From: Phoronis australis
Lineage: Eukaryota; Animalia; Phoronida
Direction: 5' to 3'
Length of the DNA: 64,000 bases
NCBI GenBank assembly: GCA_002633005.1
Contig: NMRA01000111.1
Location: forward strand, 544,720-608,719
A program made the position numbers and the translations under genes. Under the pieces are notes generated by a model. The model worked only from the letters and a program-made list of their open reading frames with translations. It ran no database searches and was not told the origin of the DNA. The first letter of the stretch is position 1, and every line of letters starts with the position of its first letter. Of the stretch, positions 51,297 through 63,756 are shown piece after piece.

Positions 51297-51546
51297 GGAC
51301 GATGCATGTCACTTTGACATGGTATCAATTAGCCAACTCTTTAGAGCCTAGTCCCAAGCAGTCATCTGGCAGTTATAGCCTGGGACCATGCATGTCACAG
51401 TGACATGGTATCAATTAGCCAACTCTTTAGAGCCTAGTCCCAAGCAGTCATCTGGCAGTTATAGCCTGGGACCATGCATGTCACAGTGACATGGTATCAA
51501 TTAGCCAACTCTTTAGAGCCTAGTCCCAAGCAGTCATCTGGCAGTT
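51297..51546. repeat. 86-bp tandem repeat, about 2.9 near-identical copies, in BOLA1 intron 1
   Basis: atgcatgtcac recurs at 51302, 51388 and 51474. Confidence 0.95.
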
Positions 51547-52429
51547 CTCACAAAGCCCTGAAATTGCACTCAATTTCACCAAATGAAGGAAAAATTCAAG
51601 ACCAATTTCATAACAATGAGAAGTCCAAATCAAAAGTTGGTTTCTGTCATGGAAGGCCAATGAGATATTGCAGCCGTTTTAATAATAAAAGGGTGACAAT
51701 TACCCAATAGTTTTACGCTTCAATATTTGCACAGGATCAAATTTGCATAAAAATATGAGCACAGTCCCAGAAATTGCTTTCACATTATATCCAGGTTCTC
51801 ATTCACATCCCGCTTGCATACTTTCACTAGTATACATCAACGGTAAAGGTACCAAATTCTAATAGTTTCCAGTTTAAACCACTGGAATGGAAAGATAGGA
51901 GTCAACTGACTGTTGGAGTTACAAAAGGCAGAGACAGTCAAGGGTCCTTCATTTTGTGATATATTTCATCAAGCAAGGTGACTGTAAGTCAAGTTTAAAG
52001 CAAGCTTTGTTTATTTTACCACGTTTTTATCTACACCAATTCCTAGTTGTTTTCTGACATATAATCACCAAGGGCACCTTGTAGGGAGGATATTGCCTGT
52101 AAAAGGAATCATGGGCCTGTTTCACAACTCAGAAAATAGCACTGCCTTATTAGACAATCACTGAGTTTCAACAGGCAAGTTACCATATTCCGTGAATGAT
52201 AGCCTGGTTCTCTATAAGGGACCGCTACATTCTGTTATCCAACCATAGCTGTCACTTTCGCTGATTACAGGCACCATCATCAGCCGCTTGACTTATAATA
52301 TTTTGAAGCTCCATATAGTGTAATGTCGACTTTCTTATAATAATATTCTGAAGCTCTATATACTTGTGTAACGTTGAGCGGCTGATGAGAGTCAGTATCT
52401 CAGTGGCCCCAGTAGTGACGCCAGTTGTA

Positions 52430-52878
52430 CTGATGTAGCCCAAACTGATGCCTACGCCAAACTGACTTGGCATACTTCACTTTTGGTGTGCAAGGGTTGC
52501 ATGGTGAGCCAAACTGATGGCTCCCCGAACTGAAGCTACTGTATGTTCCTAAATTACTGCCAGTGCTTTGATAGGGCTTTTAACAGTTATCAGAAGTGAA
52601 ATTGATGACAGTGAGTGCGGTGCAGTGCGTAATAGTTTCTCGGGACATATTCCGTGTGATTAATCCATATGACCTACATACCTGAGACTGAGCACTCATT
52701 AATTGCCATCAACTTCAGTTCTGATAACACCGGTTAACGAAACCCTATAACCACTGGCAGTAATTTGGAAACTTACGGTAGCTTCAGTTTGGCGCAGGAA
52801 TTAGTTTAGCTCTCCAACAGCGCCAAATTGAAGTGCGCCATATTAGTTTGGCGCACGCATCACTTTGGTCTGCAACCG
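52430..52878. mobile_element. MITE with long imperfect TIRs carrying repeated GCCAAACTGA motifs
   Basis: gcccaaactgatg..gccaaactga..gagccaaactga..gaactgaagctac is mirrored by gtagcttcagtttgg..ttagtttagctc..ttagtttggcg..catcactttgg. Confidence 0.65.
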
Positions 52879-53032
52879 TTGCCTGCTGTGTATCCCTGTA
52901 ACTGTAGTAGGCCTACTGCCACCACTGGCACAGGCACTGGAAGGCCTAGTAATGCGATAGGTGTCAGTCAACGTCAGTGTTCATATACGCACAGCCACTG
53001 CCTGGCTACACATGAAACTGATAAATTAGTAC

Positions 53033-53042
53033 CTATATTCAT
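53033..53042 (-). CDS. BOLA1: BolA-like protein 1, exon 1 coding part (ATG AAT ATA G)
   Basis: The phase-1 donor g|gtacta completes MNIAKRLLL..., giving a 140-aa protein. It lies next to the DCTN4 promoter. Confidence 0.6.
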
Positions 53043-53400
53043 CAACTCAATTTGCAAATACGTGAAACTTGCGGTGTCAAAGCAACTAAAACGGGCGGGA
53101 AAGCTTGCGGTGTCTCGGACTAACCAAAAAGCAGGTCAGCTGGGATCTCAAATGTGCAGTCCGTCAATAGATGGCGTAGACCTACCACATTTGTCATATC
53201 AAACAAAGCATATATTTATAGTGTTGAAAAATAATCTGATATTATTGATTTTATTAACAAATTTAGACACTGTTATGTTACTAAGCATTTAAAATTTTAT
53301 TAAAGTGCACATTTTAATAACCTAAATTAAATACATGCAACATTTAAAACTTAAAATTGAAAATAGAATTTGTTCATTGTGGAATCTTCATCTTGTGAAG
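53043..53400. promoter_or_regulatory. Putative bidirectional promoter shared by BOLA1 and DCTN4
   Basis: 358 bp between the divergent ATGs. CTTGCGGTGTC is duplicated (53068, 53104) around an E2F-like GGCGGGAA. A CTCF-like caatagatggcg lies near 53165. Confidence 0.6.
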
Positions 53401-53532
53401 ATGGCGATTAACCATTTACAGGTTAATCGGGTGTTGATGTTGTGTGCGTGTGGAAAAAGACACCCAATATGCAAACTTTATTTTTGCAGGCATTGTTCGA
53501 AATTAAGGTGTGGTGAATGTGTGTGTAATGAG
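53401..53532 (+). CDS. DCTN4: Dynactin subunit 4 (p62), exon 1 (MAINHLQVNRVLMLCACGKRHPICKLYFCRHCSKLRCGECVCNE)
   Basis: LYFCRxCSxLR...CVxxE matches the DCTN4 N-terminus; donor gag|gtaagt. Confidence 0.92.
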
Positions 53533-55176
53533 GTAAGTTGTGTATTTACAGTTTAGTTCAAGCAACTAGCACCGAAACAGAAGGGACCCACCCATCCTTA
53601 CTTGTCGTTGTCTTGAGAGTTGAGTCACGAGTCAGAATGAGACGTAGACAGTGACCACCGTCTCTAGCTGGCTCCAGAAGCATTTCGGCGAATTATGCCT
53701 CACACTGACTAAAACATCAATGTCACGTTGTTATAAATACATTTTGGGCATAGAGGGCGTTGACTTAGGCTTAACTTAGCCTTAGGCCGGCGATGTATTT
53801 AATTCCTTCCAACTCGAACAAATATTTCCATTATCAAACTTTTTCTTCGAGCAGTTCTTTGTTCAGTTCCCAAAATCGGTAAATGGCCATTTTTACACTG
53901 CTCACGCCAGGTGGTATGACGTCTGCTCAGGACAGTGTCTGACATAGGCTAAGTTTGGCACATATCTTATGAATCAATCGTAATCAAGCTTTTATGTGAA
54001 AAATGTTCTGCAAAGTATGCTAAACCCTCACGAGACTATCATAGATTACTTTGTATACCTTTAATGTTTAGCTGGACAAATTTGGAGGCAGTTGGAGTCT
54101 AGTCCAAGTTTCGAACCAGGTACCTCTTGCTTCAATGCCAGGCATCCTAACCCGTCGACCAAAGAGCAGTTGGCCCTTGGCAAGTGGTTAAGAGAGGCCT
54201 ATGTATTACTACACTCACTATAGATTCACTTCACTCTTCCTCGTTCAATGATTAGGGGACACAATGATTGGAACTCAACATCAGACCAGCCCCCTCTAAA
54301 TCTGTATTTTCCTCAGCCAGTATGGCACTATCAAACTCAGGAGGGTGTGTGGTATTATTTCTGTCATTGTATGCCATTGTTGGACGCCAATGGCTATCTA
54401 AATTATCCAGATGTCGCAACTACTGCGCACTTAACTTGTCGTGAGTTTTAGTTCATTTTGAGGCTGTCTACCTGCTTCAAAAGGGTAAAAAGTTACTCTT
54501 TTAATAAAAAGTGGGGTTAGGGATGAGATGTTGAGGGCTACAAGTTCGTGCCATGTTTATTTAGTCTTGTCAAAATGCAAAGTTTACTAACGATATTTTA
54601 TTTCTGATGCACAAAAGTATATGTGAGAGCTCACTGTAGGCCGTTGTGAGAGTTTCAAAATGTAATCAAATTGCAAAGCAAATTTGAGTTGATTTAGAAT
54701 TCAAGCACACAAATGTGTAAAAATCTGTTAAAAATTTTAGATGTAGGTTTGAAGTCCAGGTAATTTGGCCAATTCCAGTAAACTCTGAAGGTGATGGTTT
54801 CAGTGTCCTATGTTCTTGATGGTAAATAGGACCCTGTTACTGTATGGAGTATCATGAAACTGATTGTATGAGAACAGGTCTAATTCGAGTTTTTCGTTCT
54901 TAGCCAACGTAACTGTGCAAATGGAAATAAAATTCCTAGATTGACAAACGTAACGGACATAAAATGATAAATGTCGCTCTTGTTAAAACTACACGTTATA
55001 AATTTGATGAAAGTTACCTTACCTGGTTTTGTTTTGAAAGTGGTGCTTAGCATCATGCTGTTTGATATGTCTCGCTTAATATTGCTGGCTGCTAATTCTT
55101 AAAAGAGAAATTTGCGTGTGCATCATGGCAATGCCTCGTGATTTAAAATATATCAATTTGTCATACCTAAGTGTGA

Positions 55177-55272
<96 letters not shown>

Positions 55273-55495
55273 TAATCCTGAAGTGATGTATATGTCCCAC
55301 TCTTTTGTGATGACACTATCAATTTTCAAATTGTTGGAATTTTAGTTTGGTTGGGAAGTAGTTTGTCAACTTTCTTTTGTCGGATTATTTCAAGTCAGGA
55401 ACTTAAAAATATATTCTCTACATGCTATTTTTGGCAGTTTTAGATGTCAAGTGTCAATTGTGTTAGTATTGTGTCACGGCACCATTTTGTTTCAG

Positions 55496-55674
55496 GTGTG
55501 CTAACTGTTTCGACTGCCCCAGTTGTAGACACACTCTGTCTACCCGCGCCACCAGCGTCTCTGTTCCTGATCCTAAGGACCCGTCTAAGTCGTCTCCTCA
55601 CAAAGTATACTACTTGGCGTGTGCCTTCTGTCGCTGGACTTCCAGGGATGCAGGAATTCCTGATCAGAAAGTTG
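55496..55674 (+). CDS. DCTN4: DCTN4 exon 3 ([20 protein letters not shown]...[22 protein letters not shown]), GC donor
   Basis: Conserved Cys-rich region; ends at g|gcaagt in phase 1. Confidence 0.95.
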
Positions 55675-56702
55675 GCAAGTGATCATTAGGCGTCAGTTAT
55701 GAGTTTTCAGCGTAATTTCAAATATGAGGTTATTTTGTAAACGTGGTAAAAAAATTCACATTTTGCTGTTCCAGTTGCCCTGATCTGAAGTGATCTTGCA
55801 TCAGTTGACTTTTGGTAATTTCTCATAATGTTGCACACAAGTCAGTTGACACTCATTCTGCTACTGCATAGTGTTTACTGCTGGCATTCTAGTCACTATT
55901 TGTCAAACTTAACCACATTTCGCTGGCACAGTTTGGCTGCCCACGTTCCTGCTTGATGACAATCCCAGGACTGCCGAGTGCATAATTAATTCACTTTTAA
56001 TTCCACACTTACCTTATTATCAAATCCTATGCCTGCTGTTGCACAATCACTTGTGCTCAACTTGTTCACAAGAAGTTATGGCAAGCCATAAAGGTAACAA
56101 TGAAGGGCCAGTGGGTTTATTTTCTGTTTGTATGACCCAGGTGTAAAGTGCCTGACTTTCTAAACACTGGATCAGTCTTTGAATGCGTTGTTATGTTATA
56201 TCTCTTTGAAGGAGAATTCAATTCAGTACGACTAGTTTAGAATTGTTTACTTTTTTGCCAAGAGGTTCCAACTACAACTAGCACAGGGAGGATCATGCAA
56301 ATGCATTATCAGTTCACTCATGCCCAAAGTCAGTGATGTTTGTGATTGGTGATCTTACTTGAGCAAATTGATTACTAATTATTTACTGTACCTACCTGCA
56401 GTCACTTGATGTTACTAGTACCATGTATGACTGTTGAGGTATTTAAATTGTGCATAACAAATACCAGAATTGTTAACAATCATTCATATTACAGTTCTCT
56501 GGATGTGTACCCATTAACTGTGGTCTTCTTGCTGAATACTTGATGTAAAGATTTGTCTGATTCCATATCATGTATTGGGGTTTTTATGTACTGTGAACCT
56601 TGACGTGATTGGCTAAATGGTTGAGATTTAGTCAATCATCAACCAATCAGGGTGCTTTGTTGTTTCACAAAATGTGTTGATGACTTACCCTCACTTTTTC
56701 AG

Positions 56703-56746
56703 CAACTGGTGGTTGGCAAGAACTGGAGAATGTAAACGCCAAAAGA
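56703..56746 (+). CDS. DCTN4: DCTN4 exon 4 (ATGGWQELENVNAKR)
   Basis: GGWQExEN motif; boundaries ctttttcag / gtgaga. Confidence 0.92.
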
Positions 56747-56828
56747 GTGAGATATTTAGATTTGTCTAATGTTTTATTCCTTGGTCTAGCACATAAATTT
56801 TGAAATGAAGTCATGATTATGGTTATTT

Positions 56829-58023
56829 CAGGGCTCGACATTTTGTCTAGCTTTACCAGTCGGTAAAGTAGAAGTAAAACTTACTTGTCCTGACCCATTA
56901 CTCACTGGTCACCGCCAAACTCAAGCCACTCGTTCAACTATTGAGGGAGGAATTCACGTTTTCTTTTCATTTTATAATATTTGCTGGGTTTCTTCACATC
57001 ATTTGGTTTGGCTTACAACAGGGTTATTAGGCTTTGTAGTGTTTGAGCTTTATTTAAAACCGTACACAAACATAGATTGGTTCTTTTGGCATCTGGACAC
57101 CTATGCTCATACGACAGTTTTTACACACGTCGTTAGTGAATCAAATGTCACAAAACTTCATTGAAGCATGCAAACGAGTTTTTTTTTTTTTTTTTTTTAT
57201 ATGTATTTATTATCCTTTACAAAAACAATTACAAAAACAAACAAACAAATAAGTACACCATTCATTCACGCATGCACACCTCAGGAAGACCATTCTCATA
57301 TCTCGTTTAAAGTAAATATCTTCTACATGAACTTAACATGAACAATAAATTTTTCCCATTTTGCAGAGAAGCTGTCATGTACAAAGTTTTTATGTGCATT
57401 TAATTTTTCAGCATTATAGTATTCATAAGTTTTTGAAACGAACTTGAGAAAATTAGGTATATTTTTGTGACATCTCTCTTTGTAAATGTACTGTTTAGCT
57501 AGTAGAAGTAAAATGTTAAATAGAAAATCTTGCGTCTTGTAAAGTCCAAGAATAACAATATCGTAAGACAGACAGTTGGGAAGCTGAAACGAGTTAATGC
57601 TGCTTTCCTTGTCTTTAAAAATAAATTGAGTTAAGTCACTAATTGAAAAGATTATATTTTAATGTAGAAATTTCTTCAGAAATGCAAATTATTAAGAATA
57701 CAATAACTAAATACGGGTTCATGTGCGACTGGTTTCAAGCACTTTCCATATGAAACAGAATTAAAGATAACCAGCTTGCATTTTGAGAAAAGTATGATGG
57801 TTTCTATAGTTCTAATAAGGTGTCGGTGACTTAAAATTATTGGCTGCTAAGTGTGAGCCCATTGCTGCTATTTTTTCATTAAGTATCGTTCATACTTATT
57901 TTTATTTTCACAAGTTCAGGTGTGCCAACTTGTACCATTGGACAAGCAGCATTGCCGTGAGCTTGTCCGGACCTACAAACCGGTTATTGCGGACGGTCGG
58001 ACTACTGTTAACGTCGAGCCCTG
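56829..58023. mobile_element. Non-autonomous hAT-like element (TIR CAGGGCTCGAC) in DCTN4 intron 4
   Basis: Perfect 11-bp TIR cagggctcgac / gtcgagccctg, with repeated subterminal cttgtcc motifs. The 8-bp flanks ggttattt / aattatgt match only partly. Confidence 0.7.
57181..57586 (-). mobile_element. 5'-truncated L1/Tx1-type LINE tail with poly(A), TSD AAACGAGTT
   Basis: Poly-T on the + strand from about 57179. AAACGAGTT at 57172-57180 and 57587-57595. The minus strand encodes FLLLLAKQYIYK...SAKWEKF, typical of the ORF2 C-terminus. Confidence 0.8.
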
Positions 58024-58322
58024 AATTATGTACTGCCCTCATCAATATTGCTTTCTCCTTTCATTTGGAACTATTTTCCTTATTATGCATTGGTTTCATT
58101 TACCAATTAGATTTTGATAAGTGTTCTAAAGAAAAAAATTGCAGGGTCTGTTTTGTAATACCAGATTCGTGCAAAAATGTTGATTTTTAAATAGTTCTGA
58201 CATATAAGGCCAAGTAGGTTACCAGAAAAAAATCATTTTTTGTTTGTTCTCTGATTGCAATTCCTGTGTTGGATGATACAGTAATTAACATTTTGTCTGT
58301 ATGATGTGTTCTTGTTTTGCAG

Positions 58323-58424
58323 ATCAACACTGTCCTGGAATACTACAAGCAATTGTCGCAGAGAGAGAAGGCGGAGAAGGATCGCAAAAAATACACTCGA
58401 CGACGTAGTTTTATGCATTTGTCT
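58323..58424 (+). CDS. DCTN4: DCTN4 exon 5 (INTVLEYYKQLSQREKAEKDRKKYTRRRSFMHLS)
   Basis: EYYxQLxQxEKxExDRKK motif; canonical boundaries. Confidence 0.93.
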
Positions 58425-60188
58425 GTGAGTTATGCACCTGTGCACAGTGTTGTACACTTGGACTATGATAGCATGCAGTGTCTGTCAACTAATATGTAGT
58501 GTGCACCTTCTACCAGCCATCCATAGGTAGTGCTGTGTGTTTGTTATTGTTGTGTCCATGTTATTCTGTTTCAGTATGTTTTTAGTATACTGACATTGTT
58601 TGTGTGGTGCTGCTTTTCATTGTGTAGTGTTTGAATGTTTATTTTTTTTCTCACTAGAACTTGATTTGACCTAAATTTTCTGCCAGGCAATGAGTGCCGT
58701 GTACTGCTGAATAATATTTTTGGTATGTGTATTGTGTTCTCTCCTGCCGTGAAATCTAACCACAAATAATAGTGAGGTGTATCTACGAATTGTTTCTCAG
58801 AACCTCCGTTGTTCAAAACCTAATCGTATCAAATGCAACAAATTTGAAAACCACAACCACATATAACTTCATAGTATCAATTTTAAATGACCATTGTTTA
58901 CTGTGTCGCTCAACTATAACTTATTAGCTTCGTTTTATGAAACAACAGAAAACATTCATTTTCAAAATGATCTTACTTATAAACTGATAATGAAGAGTAT
59001 AATTATGTAAATACAAATAAAAACATTATTTCTGCTCATGGAATTAGTGCACCAAATCTGGAAGTGTAATTTATCTGGACATACTTCCGTGCACATGCTC
59101 AAGTTGTACTTTCTTGCCCAGCTGACTCATCTTCCGAATGTGAATAGCTATGATATGTAATTATTAAAGTAGTATGGCATAATTTTGGCAAGGATAACTG
59201 GTATGGTGTACTTAAACCCTACAGTAAGGTCTATTAATGATTGCATCCCCGAAATTAATGTCTAACTTGTGTCTACAGCCAGCAACTTTGGTTTGAATAT
59301 ATAACATTTACTAATTGACCAACCAGACTAACAGTTACAGTTGACATTGCATGAAGTCATAGCCTACCCTTCACTGACAGACAAATGTATTACATTACGT
59401 CCCTGTGTTATTTGTTTGTGACCCTAGCATGTTTACCCCTTGTTGTGTATGCGTAGTGCACAGGACTAGAGCTAGTTAACATTTCAACTGAATTAGAGAA
59501 CATCGAAAAGTCTGCTTTATATGGTTTGCTAATGGTGTCTTGTTTGTTAAAGTCCCACATAACCCAAATTAGGTCAACCTGAAAACAAATCAAATAGTTC
59601 TTAGGAATTGTGGGATAATAGTTGCTATCCTGGTTGATATAGTGCATACAAGTACTAGTGAGCACTATAATACACTATAATACAGTCAACCAACATTGTT
59701 TAAGGACTTGGTCTGGTTATTTAGTGAGTGGTAAAGTCCCAAAGCTCATTTTGGAATCAGAAAAGTCTTTTCACAAGCATATTTGCACTTCCAAAAGAAC
59801 GTTTATTTCTTATCCTTTGTAATGATTGTCATGTGACCCTTTGTTGCTTGGAATGCCTCTAGGCAGCTTTTCAAATACAGTGATCTCCAAAGTAACAAAG
59901 TGCCAGTTCTGACCAATACCAGAAATCACTTTCAATTTGTGCAAGATACACATGGAGACCAATACGTAGTCTTAATACAAAAGTTTGTGAAGGCAATTAT
60001 TTGGAATTTAAAACATTCTTGGCTAATATGAAAGTTATTGAGCTCTTGAGTAATGTTTAAAGTAACACTGGTTATCATAAATTAAGCCTGTACTGTACCA
60101 CATATACTATTAGGTTAGTGTTGCTTGATTCCTGTGCTGTGTTTTTGCCCTACACCTTTAAAGCTTTCTTTTTCATTGTGCAAACCAG

Positions 60189-60256
60189 GACAAGTATGGC
60201 CTGGCATCAGTGGCTGCAGCAAGAAGAAAGGGACTTCTGTCTATGGCAAGTTTAAG
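60189..60256 (+). CDS. DCTN4: DCTN4 exon 6 (DKYGLASVAAARRKGLLSMASLS)
   Basis: DKYGL motif; phase 0 to phase 2 fits both neighbours. Confidence 0.88.
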
Positions 60257-61059
60257 GTACTGAAAGAATATGTTTAGTTCTGTCAATAGGTGTTGCTTTA
60301 TTAGTAGGGTTTTGCAGAAGTGAAGTCAGCAAGGGCCTCATTGCCCTGTAAAAATGCATGATTTTGCTTGTGTTTTGGATGTAAGATAGCGATTTAGCTT
60401 TCACATTCTAACAACGTTAATACCACGGAAAGTGATGAGATGGCTACTTTGTAATGTTGAATTATGGGAGGAAGGTTGCATAAACTTGCACTTTATCCAT
60501 TGCTGGTCTTATAATTAGTAGTCATTTGGTTATGTCATATGTGAGGCTGTTGTCATTTTTCAAATGCATTGTGGGGCAGTTATGTGCTTGTAAACATGTA
60601 GTGACGTCATAGATAAGTTACAAACGTGTAACCTGATTCATAATTTGGATTTTATGTGGTAAGGTTTGACTTCAGCATGATTGGATGTTATGCAGCTAAT
60701 AGTTCAATTTATGTGTAATTTTCCAGGCTAAAATGATCAATTTCTAGCAGATAATTAAGTTTGTTGCTGACGAACTAGCTGAAGTAATCACCCATTCAAT
60801 GAGTGTATTAGTTATGTAATTCAAAAATGCCTCTTAAAGTCTTTTTTAGATAACAGTTTGAAAACCATTTCTTAATGTGGTTTTTGAGGCCTATGCTGCT
60901 TTAATATAATTGTTCTTTTGATTTATGTGGAAAGTGTTGATTAATGATTTGGTGTGACTCATATGTGCTTGCTAATAAATACATGACTGCATAATGTGAG
61001 CGCCATATTACTGTCATCTCATCTGAGTATCTCGGCATTTGATGTTGTACATAGTAAAC

Positions 61060-61410
61060 CCCTGTCAGGGTCTTCATGAAATTTAGCAGGTGTGAGCATA
61101 TTAATTAAGGTGATGACAGAAGGCGACGACTTTTAGAAGGATCTCACAACTGCTGTTCCCCCTAGTGGCAATTGTAGTAGTTTGCCTTGATGTCAACCAA
61201 TTTCCTTGGCGGATTTTTATGAAACCACGTCCATTCTATTCGAGTATGAAATTAGGCAGATGTATCCGTATTGAGGAGACCACCGCCAACATTTGTTTTG
61301 GACAAGTTTATGTGTGACTCCTTTGGTGCCCTCTAGTGACATTTTTTTTTGCTCTGGCTCGGTATCTACCACTTTATTTTATGGACTTTTATCAAATTTG
61401 GTGTATACCT
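61060..61410 (-). repeat. Helentron/HINE-like monomers in DCTN4 intron 6
   Basis: atgaaatt..gcag.tgt recurs at about 61076 and 61246; ccctagtggc and cctctagtgac at about 61159 and 61330. Confidence 0.5.
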
Positions 61411-61855
61411 TCCTATTGTTTAGGGCATGTCTGGGGTTGATTTTACTTTGAATCTTGACTGTTGTGGCTTCTTGTTGTGTATGCTTCAGTACTTAAAATG
61501 TTCCGTGATAGATCTGAAAGTTGGCAAATTAGTTTCTTGGAATGAGACAAGAGCACTTGTCCAGTTTCACACAGATTGTCCTATCTCATGTCTGCTAATG
61601 GTTATTATTTATCATTTTGTTTTCGTGTTTGGTGTCTGCCTCTCTGTATTTCAAGCTCCTTAAAGAATAATGAAAGTTAGAAGATGTGATCTTGTTGAGA
61701 ATAGCAAGGTCTACATGAATGTTGAGACAGATCTGTTGCGGGAACTTTAGTTTGCTTTGCGTCTCTATGAAATTTAGCATAATTTTGAAGTTCCATTGAG
61801 AAGAGAACAGTTGCCATACATTTTCAAACAGATTTGATTTCTAGTATGGCACCTG

Positions 61856-62256
61856 GGCCCGGTCTCTAATCTTTGTACTCGAAACGAACTCGAAACTAAT
61901 TTTGGCAATTTCTCTGCTCCTTTTGTGCGAACTTAAGATAATTGGTTATCAGACTGTGCTCGAATACATTATAGTTTATGCATAGGAGTTTCTAGTTCAA
62001 GTTTGCCCTTGAAGACCTTTATATTTGTGCTACAAACTTGAGTAAAATCTCGAAATTTCGAGTTCAAACTCGAACTTATTGCTTTAATATTGGGTTTACA
62101 AACTGTGAACTAAGGGCAATAAATTATCTACGTAAGTTATTGTGTACTCGAGCATAGAATAATAGACACATATCTTGAGTTCGCCCAAAAGTAGAGTAGA
62201 AAATGCCAAACCTAATTTCGAGTTCCATTTCGAGTAAAAAGATTGGAGACCGGGCC
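61856..62256. mobile_element. Harbinger-like MITE, TIR GGCCCGGTCTC..., TSD CTG
   Basis: ctg|ggcccggtctctaatctttgtactcgaaa ... tttcgagtaaaaagattggagaccgggcc|ctg. Confidence 0.85.
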
Positions 62257-62909
62257 CTGGTGGTGACAATTTTGTTTTTTTTTTTGCCTACCTCAATATC
62301 ATCTCGATATCATGTTCTTTGATGAATCTTGGTGAAGTTTGGCATAATGTGTTCCTGGTAAGGAGAGCATGGTTGGCTACTGTATTGCTTCTTTGGGACA
62401 GTTTGAGTTCTGTTTGCATTTAACTCAACATCCTTCAAGTGTTTAATAGATCTTCATGCGTGTTTCTATTGAGGAAACTACGGCTTGGAGCGGCATCCCC
62501 TTGTGGAAAATTATTCACCATTTGCCTTAATATCTACTATGTAAAATTCTTTGTTGGATATTCTTGAAAGTTGACTTGAGTGTTCATAAAGAGGAGAGCG
62601 CATAGGGTCATTAAAAAAACCAAGCATCTTTACATTTTGTGATGGACATAGAGTGCACACATCTTGTATTGTAACTAAATTGAAAAATGCGGGCATGCTT
62701 TCTAGCACAAAATTTTGTGTACGTGGGAACATGTAAAAATGAATTGCTAATTGTAATAAATTTTGCTTACGAGAAAGGAACTTCTGATCCAGGGTCACAT
62801 TGTTGGTATATATTGTTTAATTTCCCCGTTTAATTGGTTTGTCAATCAACATTAGCAAGAGACTGTATAATTTTGCCCTAAGTCCTTATCTATATTTATG
62901 TACACATAG

Positions 62910-63022
62910 CCTGAAGGAGGGTGAAGATAGTCGGGAGCCTGAGGTGGATTCAGCTGTTGCCGTGGGCGATGTGGAGCCACTGCCTGCGGACTTCTACACC
63001 AAGCCTCTCACACTAGCCAATG
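62910..63022 (+). CDS. DCTN4: DCTN4 exon 7 (LKEGEDSREPEVDSAVAVGDVEPLPADFYTKPLTLAN); the gene continues beyond the window
   Basis: LKEGED and VEPLPxDxYTxP motifs; boundaries catag / g|gtgagt. Confidence 0.92.
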
Positions 63023-63422
63023 GTGAGTCAACAGGTGCAGAGTTATCTTAAGTGGCTATAAACCTGTCTTCCACTACAAAAAGCAACTTTTGAATTACGG
63101 TGATAAAGTTGGACTCAAAAGTGTTTCTTAGTCAAATTGGAGGTGATTTCAAGGCTTTGAAAGAACTAGGCTGTGGGCTGTAAACCACAGATGGCTTTTG
63201 TGATCACTTTTGGGGTTTCCAGCCTCCATCCCACCACTTCTCAGACGATGCTCGCCCCACCTGACGATACTCGTCTCAATGTTCATCCACTGCCATGTAC
63301 CCTGGGCTAGATGTCCCAGTAACTCAGATGTTTCCCAAGTCTGATAAGGCTGTACCCTTAAAATGAATTTCTGTGTGATTTCTTGGTGCACCTGACGTGC
63401 ATGAGCCCATTTGTGCAAAAAT

Positions 63423-63756
63423 GGATACTTTTGAGGGGAGTTTGAAATGAGAGGCTACCTGCTGGGGGCAGGAGGCAACCACAAAATTGAAGTGAGTTGT
63501 GATCACAGGAAAAGGTTTATGGCTATGAAAGGGGCATGGTTTCATTGTGCCCCTTTGACTGTGCACGTGTTACTAGTCACAGGTGACAGGCAATTCCATC
63601 TTGTTTCGTCTTTGAAACATTTCCACAATCGATTTCTTGATAAGGAGGTGGATTCATAACTAGGCTATATGAGACTGAGAAGGTCACCACTGTGATATTG
63701 GTTTACAAGTCTCGAATAAGAACCATTGTTGAATATTCGCCACTCATTAATTGCTT
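63423..63756 (+). repeat. Interspersed repeat, second copy of 44368-44706
   Basis: Collinear shared blocks with 44368-44706. Confidence 0.75.

Noticed and set aside
58517-58526. ccag|ccatccatag|gtag as a DCTN4 microexon
   Set aside because: It is 10 nt, so not frame-preserving. The 27-nt alternative contains an in-frame stop.
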